In this document: positions 42,501 to 52,497 of the stretch, one piece after another
How the letters are laid out: the number at the start of each line of letters is the position of its first letter
How positions within the stretch are numbered: the stretch's first letter is position 1
The notes under the pieces: model-generated
Seen by the model: the letters and a program-made list of their open reading frames with translations, nothing else
Databases searched by the model: none
Told to the model about the DNA's origin: nothing
Program-made: the position numbers and the translations under genes
Assembly (NCBI GenBank): GCA_963749495.1
Contig: CAVVMW010000024.1
Span: forward strand, 128,001-192,000
Reading direction: 5' to 3'
DNA: 64,000 bases
Origin: an uncultured bacterium
Lineage (GTDB): Bacteria > Verrucomicrobiota > Verrucomicrobiia > Limisphaerales > UBA8199

Positions 42501-43802
42501 ATGGCGCGCCGGGTTGTCATTACCGGGCTTGGTCCCGTGACGAGCGTGGGGGTCGGAGCGACGGAGTTTTTCAAGGGCCTGTGGAATCGCCAGTTTGCCG
42601 GCCAGCCGATTCCTGCGGAGTTCACCCGGTGCTACCCGTTCCATTCAAAATGGCACGTGCCGCAGCCGGAGGTATCGCTGGCGGATTACCAACTGGAGTT
42701 GGCCCAGGAGAGCATCATGCACCCGGAAGACCGGATGGCGGTGCTGGGGGCGAAGCTGGCGTTCGAAGACGCCGGCTACCAGTTGGTCAGCCGGGGTGGC
42801 CGCCTGGGGGTCGAGGGGCTCGATCAGTGCAGTGTCATTTTGGGCACGAGCCTCGGCAACCTGGAGACCGCGTTCACGTCGTTCCTGAGCCACACCCTGC
42901 CGGGCGAGGTGCTCGAGGCCCTGTTCCCGGAGCGGCGCCCGGTATTCAGCCGGATGGTGGTCCCCAAGACCATGCCCAATTCCCCAGCGGCCTGGGCGAC
43001 GATCTGTTTTGGGCTCACCGGTTCCTCCCAGACGCTCAATGCCTCCTGCGCCTCGAGCACTTATGCCCTCGGAGAGGGCTTCCGGCGCATCAAGGACGGG
43101 TATGACACGGTCGTCTTGTCCGGGGGAGTCGAGTCAATGCGCGAGCGTTGCGGCACTATCATGCGCGGCTTCGATGTCCTGGGCGCGCTCACTCAATCCC
43201 CTGACGGGCGGCCGCGGCCCTTCGGCGCCAGGCGCAGCGGCTTCCTCTTTGCCGAAGGCGGGGCGTGCCTGCTCCTCCTCGAGGCCTTGGACCATGCCAT
43301 TGCGCGAGGGGCCCGGGTCTATGCCGAGATCACCGATTACCGCGCCAACAGCGATGCCTGCAATATCATGCAGATGGACCCGGCGGGCACCCAGATCACG
43401 CGCCTGCTCCAGGAACTGGCCGCCGGCAACAAGATCGATTACCTCAACGCGCACGGCACCGGCACCGCCGCCAATGACCTGATCGAGGCGCGCGCCATCA
43501 AAGCGGTCTTCGGCGCGCGCCAGGACCAGCCCTGGCTCAACTCCACCAAGGGCATCCTCGGCCACACTCTCGGGGCCAGCGGCGCCATCGAGGCCGCCGT
43601 CGCCGCCCTGGCCGTGGCCCAAGGCGCCATCCACGGCAACCTCACCGAAGAGCCCATGGACGACCTGAACCTGCCCCTGGATTCCCTCCGCGCCCCGGTC
43701 GCCACCGCCATCTCGGTCTCCTACGGCTTCGGCGGACATAATGGGGGGCTGGTTTTGAAGAGGGTCGAGGGGCGAGGGAGGGGAATGACGAATGACGAAT
43801 GA
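42501..43802 (+). CDS. Beta-ketoacyl-ACP synthase (FabF-like)
   Basis: RVVITGLG; Cys-His-His triad in ASCASS, NAHGTGT and GHTLGA; GFGGHN. Confidence 0.92.
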   Translation: MARRVVITGLGPVTSVGVGATEFFKGLWNRQFAGQPIPAEFTRCYPFHSKWHVPQPEVSLADYQLELAQESIMHPEDRMAVLGAKLAFEDAGYQLVSRGGRLGVEGLDQCSVILGTSLGNLETAFTSFLSHTLPGEVLEALFPERRPVFSRMVVPKTMPNSPAAWATICFGLTGSSQTLNASCASSTYALGEGFRRIKDGYDTVVLSGGVESMRERCGTIMRGFDVLGALTQSPDGRPRPFGARRSGFLFAEGGACLLLLEALDHAIARGARVYAEITDYRANSDACNIMQMDPAGTQITRLLQELAAGNKIDYLNAHGTGTAANDLIEARAIKAVFGARQDQPWLNSTKGILGHTLGASGAIEAAVAALAVAQGAIHGNLTEEPMDDLNLPLDSLRAPVATAISVSYGFGGHNGGLVLKRVEGRGRGMTNDE

Positions 43803-43958
43803 CGAATGACGAATGACGAATGACGAAATGTCGAGAGACGTGGGGCGAAGGAGTGCGAGACCTTTGTCGCAGCCTTTGTCGCAGCCTTTGTCGGATCGGC
43901 CAAGCTTCGACAAAGGTTGCGACAAAGGTTGCGACAAAGGTCCGAAATCAGCCATGAC

Positions 43959-44999
43959 ATGAGCGCCCCTGGCAAAATCCTCCTTACGGGTGCGACCGGA
44001 TTTATCGGGAGCCACATTCTCGAGGCCTTGCGAAGCGCGGGGATTGCCGTGGCGGCGTTGGTGAGGAGCGGGGCCAACCTGGCCCATGCGCGCGAGCGCC
44101 AGGCCGAACTGCGCTTCGGGGACCTCCGCGACCCCGAGAGCCTCCGCCAGGCCGTGCGCGGGTGCGAGGGCGTCATTCACGCCGCCGCCCTGGCCAGCGA
44201 TTGGGGGCCGCGCCTCGAGTTCCGCCGGGTGAATGTCCAGGGCACACTCAACGTCCTGGAGGCCAGCCGCGCCGCAGGCATCCGGCAGGTCATCCTCACC
44301 GGCAGCATCTCCTCCTACGGAGAAGAGGACAGCCTGCAGCCAAAGGACGAGACTTGCCCGTTTCACTCCCACTATGCCTACTTTGCTGACCGCCTCTTCC
44401 CCTCGGGCTACAACTGGTATCGCGACAGCAAGGCCGAGGCGACACGGCAGGCGATGGCCTTCGCCCGGGAACACGGGCTGGATGTGACGGTGCTGGAGCC
44501 GGTCTGGGTGTTCGGCGAGCGCGAGTTCGGCACTGGCTTTTACACTTACGTCAAGGCAGTCCGGGACGGCCAAAGGCACGTGCCCGGCTCGACTCGAAAC
44601 CTGTTTCACGTGATCTACGCGCCCGATCTGGCGCGGGCCTACCTGCTGGCCCTCCAACGGCGGTTGCCGGGGGTCCAGCGCATCATCGTCGGTCCTCCTC
44701 ACGCCGAGCCGATGCACCGCATCTTCAGCCTGTTTTGCCAGGAGGCCGGGCTGCAGCCGCCGCGTTTGCTCCCCCAATGGTGCGCCTATCCCCTGGGCTT
44801 TGCGCTCGAACTGCTCTATACGGCGGCCCGGAGACCGCGTCCGCCCCTGCTGACCCGCGGCCGCGTGAACATGTTCTACGACTCGATCCAGTTCTCCACC
44901 GAAAAGGCCAGGAACCTCCTGGGCTTCGATTGCCGGCACTCGCTCGAAGAGGGCATTCGCCGGACCGTGTCCTGGTATAGGGAGAACAACCTGCTGTGA
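43959..44999 (+). CDS. NAD-dependent epimerase/dehydratase (extended SDR, 3-beta-HSD-like)
   Basis: TGATGFIG, HAAA, VNVQGT and YRDSK (YxxxK) motifs. Confidence 0.9.
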   Translation: MSAPGKILLTGATGFIGSHILEALRSAGIAVAALVRSGANLAHARERQAELRFGDLRDPESLRQAVRGCEGVIHAAALASDWGPRLEFRRVNVQGTLNVLEASRAAGIRQVILTGSISSYGEEDSLQPKDETCPFHSHYAYFADRLFPSGYNWYRDSKAEATRQAMAFAREHGLDVTVLEPVWVFGEREFGTGFYTYVKAVRDGQRHVPGSTRNLFHVIYAPDLARAYLLALQRRLPGVQRIIVGPPHAEPMHRIFSLFCQEAGLQPPRLLPQWCAYPLGFALELLYTAARRPRPPLLTRGRVNMFYDSIQFSTEKARNLLGFDCRHSLEEGIRRTVSWYRENNLL

Positions 45000-45015
45000 A
45001 ACGTGAACTCATGAA

Positions 45016-45157
45016 CAGTCCACAGTCCACAGTCCACAGTCCACAGTCTCCTGCCCCGGTGCCTCGGAGCGATTCAGCGCTCCAGCCGATGGGACTGAGG
45101 CCACGGGCTGGTGATCCCACTGCAAGACTCTGGACTGTGGACTCTGGACTGTGGACT
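45016..45157. repeat. Inverted heptamer array (CAGTCCA)n...(TGGACTG)n
   Basis: Directly visible. Confidence 0.9.
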
Positions 45158-45176
45158 GATATGAACCCTGAACCGT

Positions 45177-46506
45177 ATGAAAGCTCCCATCCGTAACATT
45201 CAGGGCCTGAGCCGGGCCTGGTTCCTCCTGCGGCTCAAGCTGGCGATGTTCTTTCATTTCCTGCCGTGCCTGTTCGCAGCATCGGGCCCTGGCCCGTCGT
45301 CCTTGCGCCGGCCTCGGCTCTCGCCCCGGCGTTTCGTCCTGGTGCTCAGGCGGCTGCTCTTGTTCTTGTCCAGGCTCGGCCACAACAAGTTTGTGCGGAT
45401 CGGGTCCGTCACGCGGCTGGACCTTTACGTGCCGGGTTTCCCGGGGCCGGCCTTCAACCTGGCCTGCCGGAAATTCCTCACGTTTGACGGGCCGCTGCCG
45501 TGCGCCACGGTCCTGCTCTCGGTCACTAGCGCGTGCCGGTTTTCGTGTCCGCACTGCTACCAGCGGCTGGACCGCGGCAAAGACATGCCCCTCGAGGTCC
45601 TCGTCTCGGTCGCGCGCCGGCTCCAGGAACGCGGCATCGCCTTCTTCAACATCGAGGGCGGCGAGCCGTTCCTGGTCTATGAGCGGCTCAGGCAGGTCTG
45701 CGCGGCCATCGATGCGCGGTCCGAGGTCTGGGTCAATTCCACCGGGGACGGCCTGACGCTGGAACGGTTGCGGGAGTTGAGGGATTTGAACCTGACGGCC
45801 GTCATGTTCTCGCTGCACGCGTCCGAGCCGGCCCGGCTCAACGCGTTCATGAAATCGGACCGGGCCTGGGAGATGCTCCAGCGCGGGGTCGAGGTGTGCC
45901 ATGCCGCCGGCGTGCCCGTGGCGTTCAACACCTGCCTGGGACGCGAGGGGTTTTACGACGGGGAGTTCGAGCGCATCATGGAACGGGCGAAGGAATTCGG
46001 GGCGTGCCTGGTGCAATTGATCAAGCCCAAGCCGGCCGGGGCCTGGCTGCGGGATGCGCCCGTGCCGTTCAACCCGCAGGACCAGGCTCGGGCGGTCGAG
46101 TTGGTGCAGCGCTACAACCACCACCGGGCCTTTGCCGCGTATCCCTCGATCTCCGCTCAGACCCTCGAGGAAGACCGCGCTTGCTTCGGCTGCACGGCGG
46201 GCGGCACCGACCGCTTCTACATCAATGCCAAAGGCGACGTTCCAGCCCTGCGAGTTTCTCAACCTCTCATTCGGCAACATTGTCGAAGAGGATTTCGACG
46301 CTATCTATGCCCGGATGCGGCGCGTCTTTTGGCCCCCGGGCCAAACCTGGCTTTGCGAGGCCAGCACGCCTCGCATCCGCCAGGTCTTCGAGGCCAACGG
46401 CCTGCGCAGCCTGCCCCTGAGCCAGCAGTTGAGCGAGCAAATTTGCCGCGACTGGGACCGCGGGCAGCCCACGGGCCTGTATGCGGAGATGGAGAAGCTG
46501 CGGTGA
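45177..46506 (+). CDS. Radical SAM protein with SPASM/Twitch domain; frameshift near 46240
   Basis: CRFSCPHC, GGEPF and CTAGG..FYINAKGDV|QPC motifs. Confidence 0.88.
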
Positions 46507-46535
46507 AGAGAAAACCACGGAACACACTTTCGTAT

Positions 46536-46985
46536 CCTTGTCGCAGCCTTTGTCGCAGCCTTTGTCGAGCTCAGCCGGATCTCGACAAAGGTCCCGACAA
46601 AGGTCCGGAAAGGACCCAGGGCCCAGGCTGAGCCGGCCAACCCGGAGGGTTGGCAGAAGGTAGCCGGGGGTCGCCGTCCGGCGGCGACCCCCGGTTGAGG
46701 GCGCCGGTGGCCCTGCACCCCGGCGGGGTGCCAGAAGAGCACACGTGCTCGGTAGGCGCTCCCTGGCATCCCTCCGGGATGCGGTCCCTTGTTGTCAGGG
46801 CTCCGGGGGTCTCGCTACGCTTCGACCCCCGGCTACCTTCTGACATCCCTCCGGGATGAGAAATGTGCTTCGGAGATCCTTGACGGCCACCAGATCCGCT
46901 CCACAAGGGCACCTGGGGATGTGGGTAAAGAAAAGGACCGAGGTCCACGGCTACCTTCGCTGCGTCGCTACGCGACGCGCGCTCC
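46536..46985. repeat. Composite repeat: families A, C and D
   Basis: The C and D part is an inverted near-copy of about 24770-25120. Confidence 0.85.
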
Positions 46986-47327
46986 GCGCCCTCGGGCCCC
47001 ACGCGCCTTGCCCTTGCCCTTGCTCCTCTTTTTCTTCCGGGCCTTGGGCGGGGCCGGGCCGGCAGGGGGCGCGGGTTGCGCCGGCTGGCTGGGGGGCGGC
47101 TTGGGCGCCGTCTTCTGGTGGATGGCCTGCCGGACCTGGCCCAATTTCTCGTTCAGCCCGTTCTTTGCCCGCTCCAGGCCCTGCTGGCTCAGGTTGACGG
47201 CCTCCGCCAGCACCTTGCAGCCGTTGTGAATGAAATTCGTGTAACTACCCTCTTTGAGATCGATCCCTTTAGCTCGCAGAAACGCGCTCAAGTGCCGATA
47301 GAGTTCATCTTTCTCGATATGTTTCAT
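46968..47327 (-). CDS. Small basic hypothetical protein
   Basis: MKHIEKDELYRHLSAFLRAKGIDLKEGSY; Pro/Lys-rich tail. Confidence 0.6.
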   Translation of the reverse strand: MKHIEKDELYRHLSAFLRAKGIDLKEGSYTNFIHNGCKVLAEAVNLSQQGLERAKNGLNEKLGQVRQAIHQKTAPKPPPSQPAQPAPPAGPAPPKARKKKRSKGKGKARGARGRGARVA

Positions 47328-47483
47328 ATTCCAATCCAAACTGCCGGGCGCCAACCGGTTTTCAACCTGAGGCCCGTCTGCGGTTGGCTCCGGACCTAAC
47401 GCTACAGTCTCCAGGATCTGCGCCCGCCCCGCAATTACAGACCCGATCTCCGTTTGTAAGGGCGCACAGAACAGAGTGGTTCG

Positions 47484-47568
47484 CTGCCGCCTAAAGGCGG
47501 CGTTCCGCAGCCAACCGGCCGTGCCGGAGCGCGAGCGAGGCGGGCCGGAACGCCGCCTTTAGGCGGCA
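47484..47568. repeat. Inverted repeat GCCGCCTAAAGGCGGCGTTCC...GGAACGCCGCCTTTAGGCGGC
   Basis: Directly visible. Confidence 0.85.
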
Positions 47569-47744
47569 GGATGGACGCTCGCAGAAATCGGTCGTGCGCG
47601 CTTTGTAGAGGGTGTCAGACATTTTCGGTGGACCGGGTGTTTTTCTGCTCAAAACAGGGGGTTTGCCAGCCTAACCAAATGTTGAGATGCGACCCCGATT
47701 TTAAAGGGCTTATGCGTGGTCTCTCCCAGCCGCGGCGCCGCCCA

Positions 47745-48839
47745 TCACGGCTGAACCACCGCCCGATAGAACCGCCGCGGAGCGTTGGCGGCAGGCTGGT
47801 CGTCCGTGAACGTCTGGGGTGCGGCGCCCTGCGTGACGTTGGTCCACACCGTCCAAGGGGCCTGGTCCAGGTCGGTCGCGTATTCCAAGCGGTAACCGCT
47901 CCCGGCCGGGGCACTGACCGTCACTTGGGCGCGGCCCTCGGCAGTGAACGCGATGCCCAGACAGGGCACGGAGAAAACCGTCAGCACGGCCTCTTGGCTC
48001 GTTGCCCAACCATAAGAATTGTTGCCGACCTCCACCCTGTAATTCCCCGCGTCCGAAGGCTGCACGTTCGACAGGGCCAATAGGCTGCTGCTGCTGCCCT
48101 GGATGCGTCCTCCGTCGGTGAGGTTGGTGCCGTTGAACTGCCAGCGGTAGGACAGCGGGTACAGGGCCCAGGCCGCCACGCTGAAGGTCACGTCGCTGCC
48201 CGCGCGGACGCTCCGGCTGGCCGGCTCGGTGGCAATCAACGGAGGAAAAGCCGCATACTTACAGTTACCATCCGCCAAAACTAGGTCGCTGTTGGTCCAA
48301 CCCACCAGGGGAGGCGGCGCCGGCGACGGAAGGCGTGTGTAGTCGGCCGTGGGATTCACGAATGCCACGATGCCGGCCCTCGTCTCCGCCTGAGCAGTGC
48401 TTGTCATCTGCCAGAAGCTGGCGGCGTCGTTGTTCCAAGCAACCAGCGCAATGACAACCGAACTGCCGGCAGGCCAGACGTTCGGCATCCGGACTTCCGG
48501 CAGCATGGAGATGGCGCCCCCATTGGCGAGCTGGCCCGCAAAGGTGGCCTCCTTGGTGAACCCGGTGCCCGCCAGCGCCTCGTAAGCATTCAGCACATCA
48601 CCACATAGACCGGGGATGGCACCGACTTTGGGGTACAGGACGGGGGTGATTCCGGGCGGAATCGTCGTGCCGTTCAGTTCCCAGACCTCGAGCCCGAAAG
48701 TGCCGGTGTAGTAGCTGCCGGGCTCATCGATGGTAAGGCCGTACATCCCCTGCGAGTTATCAATCTGGATCGAGCCTTGGGCAAATGCTCCCATGGCTGA
48801 CGCAACGATTGCCAACGCGGCAAGGCGGACTTTTTTCAT
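47745..48839 (-). CDS. Secreted immunoglobulin-domain protein
   Basis: Signal peptide MKKVRL...AFAQG; YRWQFNG...DAGNYRV Ig domain; C-terminal RRFYRAV motif. Confidence 0.8.
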   Translation of the reverse strand: MKKVRLAALAIVASAMGAFAQGSIQIDNSQGMYGLTIDEPGSYYTGTFGLEVWELNGTTIPPGITPVLYPKVGAIPGLCGDVLNAYEALAGTGFTKEATFAGQLANGGAISMLPEVRMPNVWPAGSSVVIALVAWNNDAASFWQMTSTAQAETRAGIVAFVNPTADYTRLPSPAPPPLVGWTNSDLVLADGNCKYAAFPPLIATEPASRSVRAGSDVTFSVAAWALYPLSYRWQFNGTNLTDGGRIQGSSSSLLALSNVQPSDAGNYRVEVGNNSYGWATSQEAVLTVFSVPCLGIAFTAEGRAQVTVSAPAGSGYRLEYATDLDQAPWTVWTNVTQGAAPQTFTDDQPAANAPRRFYRAVVQP

Positions 48840-49092
48840 CTGCCGGCCGAGTGGAGTGCAAACTCCCCAATGGTGAGCGTTCGATACATGCTCGCCCGAA
48901 GTCGATCCCGCAAATCCCGCTTCCAATTTCATAACGCACGGGCCACCCGACAAGACCCCCACCGAGCCAGCAAACCCTGACGGCCGCCTGCTGATCTCTA
49001 CTCCAAGATTAGCGCAAGCTCACCACGAACCCAAGAAGCTGTCGAGCACAATCGTAAGGCCTCAGTGAAGGCGCGGGCTACACGGCGGGCAG

Positions 49093-49237
49093 ACCCCTCA
49101 CCCCGGCCCTCTCCCCTCTGAGGGGAGAGGGAGGATTTTCCGCTGCGGCTTGAGAAAGCGGACGCGCCTGGAATTCCTAGCGACTGCCGACGTTTCTCCC
49201 TCTCCCCTCCGAGGGGAGAGGGCCGGGGTGAGGGGTT
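49093..49237. repeat. Family E inverted pair
   Basis: CCCTCACCCCGGCCCTCTCCCC...GGGGAGAGGGCCGGGGTGAGGG. Confidence 0.85.
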
Positions 49238-49431
49238 CGCCGGGGACTCCCTTTCCGCCATCACTGACCGATTACGCACAATCCTTTCGCGGGTCTGCAC
49301 ACCTCTCGCCACAATGATGCCCATAGATGTTCCATCACAATCCAGAAGGCCCGCGCAGATCTCCCCAATGATTTTGCCAATAATGATTTTGCCTTTCTGC
49401 CTTCATCCGTGATTGAATAGGATTCTGGACT

Positions 49432-49962
49432 ATGCAGACTCAAATGGATCAGAAGCTCGGTTTCATATTCGGACGCCGGAGCATTCGGCTTTACTCCCCA
49501 GGCGAAGTGAGCGAGGAGGCGGTGCAGAGCCTCCTGGAGGCGGCCATGGCGGCGCCGTCGGCCGTGGCCAAGGACCCCTGGCGTTTCGTGGTGGTCCGCA
49601 GCCGGCGCCAGCTCTCTCGATTGGCGGCCGTGCTGTCTAACGGCCAGATGCTCGATTCGGCCGCGCTGGCCATCGCCGTCTGCGGTGACCTCAATGCCGC
49701 GCACGACGGACAGCTCAGCTACCTGCTGCAGGATTGCGCGGCAGCGGTCGAGAATCTTCTCCTCTGCGCGCACGTCCTCGGGCTCGGCTCGTGCTGGCTG
49801 GGTGTTCACCCCAGAGAGCCGCGGATGAGGAGTCTCAAGGAGATCCTCTCCCTGCCGGGCTCGGTCATCCCCGTCGCCTGCATCGCCATCGGCCACCCCG
49901 CCGAAACCAAGGAACCGCGCACCCGTTTCAACCCGGACTACGTACACCGGGATGCGTGGTGA
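49432..49962 (+). CDS. Nitroreductase family protein
   Basis: RRSIR, AMAAPSA, PWRFVV and LGLGSCW motifs. Confidence 0.92.
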   Translation: MQTQMDQKLGFIFGRRSIRLYSPGEVSEEAVQSLLEAAMAAPSAVAKDPWRFVVVRSRRQLSRLAAVLSNGQMLDSAALAIAVCGDLNAAHDGQLSYLLQDCAAAVENLLLCAHVLGLGSCWLGVHPREPRMRSLKEILSLPGSVIPVACIAIGHPAETKEPRTRFNPDYVHRDAW

Positions 49963-50056
49963 TACTCGTCATTCCATCGCACAAATTCCCGGAACGGAAT
50001 TGCCTTGTCGGTGTCTAAGAGTTTGGTATAGTCGCCTCCTGGAAGTGCCACGGCCT

Positions 50057-52327
50057 ATGGACAAGAAAATGGCCCCCGCCAAAACGGTGCTCTTAGTGCT
50101 GGCCGGCCTGCTCTGGCTTGGGGGAGCGGAGGCGCTCGCGGGCGCTCCCACCCCGCCGGTCACCTCGACCCAATCCGTCTATCTCGCCTACCGGGAGCTG
50201 GGCTATAATGTCGCAACTTGGAGAATCCCCGTCACATACCAGCCCAGCCCCTTCAAGAAGGAACCGGACCTGGGCAACCGCGCTGCCTTGCGGGGCACAC
50301 TCAAGTTCGGCAACACCACGGATGCCTTCGTCCCGTTCTTGTGGGACTCGGCCCAGGGCAAACTTTACCTCGACCTCAATCGCAATCAGGACCTGACAGA
50401 TGATGCCGATGGGGTCTTCGCCTGCACGGGGCGAGGCAACACCCCGTTCCAGTTCTTCGACAAAGTGCGGCTGCCATTCAAGACGCCGATGGGGCCCCAG
50501 CGGGTCCTGGTGGAGCTTTTCTTCGACAACACTCGTGGCCAGAAGGAAGTCAGTGCCATGGCCAATTACTGCTGGGAAGGCAAGGTCACCCAGGCGGGCC
50601 GCGAGTGGCAGTTGGCGCTGGTGGACAATCTCTCGTTCAAGGTCGGGTCTGCGGAAGGCGGCTTCCTCATCGCCCGCCCCTGGGCTGATCGGGACAGGCC
50701 CATTGAATTGCAATACGGCCCGCTGGAGACTCCTGTGCCTTTTCCGAACGAGCTCTTTCTGGGCGAACGGGTTTGCCAGTTAGCTTGTGTTTATGAGCAA
50801 CAGGGTGTCGGGGCCAGGATGCGGCTGGACCTGATCGAACGTGCCGAGCCGCTGGGCGAACTGAAGATTACCGGCAAGTACATCCACCGCCTGGTTTTGA
50901 GCCGCGCAGGCGCGCGAGGGATGGCGACCCCTTCGATGGCTGCGCAGGAGGCCATCCAGAGGCGCTATGTCCTCCGAAGCGGCGCCCTCCCAGTAGCTGC
51001 CCAACCCCCCTCCTTGACCGTCGTCCTCGACACGCCCGGACCTGTCGCGAAGATCCCGCTCGGCACGTATTCCTACCAAGTCTCCCTCGACCAGGGCGGG
51101 GTCCAGGCCCAGCCGATCTTCAACGCTGCGCCCAGTGCCAGGTCGGTGGTCGTCAGCGCTACTAATGCCGCCACGCTGACCGCCGGAGGACCACTCACCA
51201 ACTCCGTGGACGCGGAGCGGCACGGGCGGACCTTGTCACTCAGGTACAGCCTGCTCGGGGCCAATGGCGAGGGCTATCAATTGATCGGGGTGCGCAAAGA
51301 GCCTCGATTCACGATTTCTCGAGCGGACAAGGACGGCGACAAGAAGCTCGCCTCCGGCAACTTCCAGTTTGGCTGAGGCAGCACTTGCACGTACTCATGG
51401 CGAGTACCTCCGTTCGAAGCCGGTGTGTTGAAGATAGTGGCCAGCGAGGACCTCGGCGGGTTGGGCGCGAAGGACGGTCCCCCGGTGACCTGCCGTTTGG
51501 AACGGGCCAGCATGTTGCCCGTCGCGTTGCCCTGGCTGGCGGCACTGCTCCTGCTGCTCCTCCAGCCTAACCGCAGCCTGCGCGCCTGGTGCATATTCGC
51601 GCCGGTGCTGTGCCTGATCTGGGGCGTCGGCCTTCTGCCGGACTTGTTCCCTTCGATTCCGTGGCAAGTCATCGGCGTCCTGCACGATCTGGTGATTGCG
51701 CTGGCCTTTGGCCTGGCCGCCGCGTGGCTGCTCTCCGCTTACATCAAGTCACGCTTCCGCACACTCAATGCGCTGCGGTTGGCGCTGATCATCGAGGCCC
51801 TTGGCTTTGCGACATACGTGTTCTCGGTGTATTGGAGCGAGTCCGAGAGCGAGGCGGCGCCGGTCGCGATTATCCTGGCGCTCAGCGCCGCCATTATTCC
51901 CGCAGCGACCGGCCTGGCCGGGTTGCTCTGCTGGCGGCGCTATCGCCCCGTGGTCCTATGCGCGTGGCTGCTCGTCATGCTCTTTGGCCTGTGGCTGGCA
52001 GTGGTCTGGCCGCTCTTCATGATTGAAAACGCCTGCCGAGGCAACGCGCCGGCATGGGTGTTCATGGAGCCTGTGTTAGCCATCACCGCGGCCTGCTTCT
52101 GCGCCGTCCTGCCATTCCTGCTCCTGTCCTTCTGGAACCGCCTCTATCGCGAACGGCTCATCCAGCTTTTGCGCCTGGCCCCGGAGCCGCCACCGGCCCC
52201 CGCCGCCCCAACCCCGCCCGTCTCCGTGCTCAGCCCCTCGGTCGTGGAACGGCTCAAGGCCGCCGTGGCCGCCGCGCCAGGCCACGGCGCCCTCGATCCG
52301 GCCAAGCAGCAGCCAACTGGAAAATGA
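50057..52327 (+). CDS. Candidate selenoprotein A: exported domain, in-frame TGA (51374-51376, codon 440), then a multi-pass membrane domain; 756 aa if read through
   Basis: ORFs ending 51376 and starting 51425 are in one frame, separated only by TGA; motif FQFG*GSTCTYSWR. Confidence 0.7.
51391..51407 (+). promoter_or_regulatory. SECIS-like recoding hairpin GTACTC-ATGGC-GAGTAC
   Basis: Perfect 6-bp stem after a 14-nt spacer from the in-frame TGA; covaries with the paralog. Confidence 0.7.
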
Positions 52328-52497
52328 CTTGAGCTGCAGAACGCGCCATGGACTCCGAAATCCGAAACAAGTGCAAAATTCGGAAGAAGCAAAATCATTA
52401 CTGGCAGAATGATTTTAAAAAGAGTTAATCTTATGATTCTGCCAACAATGATTCTGCGGATTGCGGATTTCACATTTCAAACGGGTGAATCGAACTT

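Noticed and set aside
6362..46604. CRISPR array from the CCTTTGTCG/CGACAAAGG or heptamer repeats
   Set aside because: Units are 7-12 bp, tandem or inverted, with no unique 25-45 bp spacers and no cas genes.
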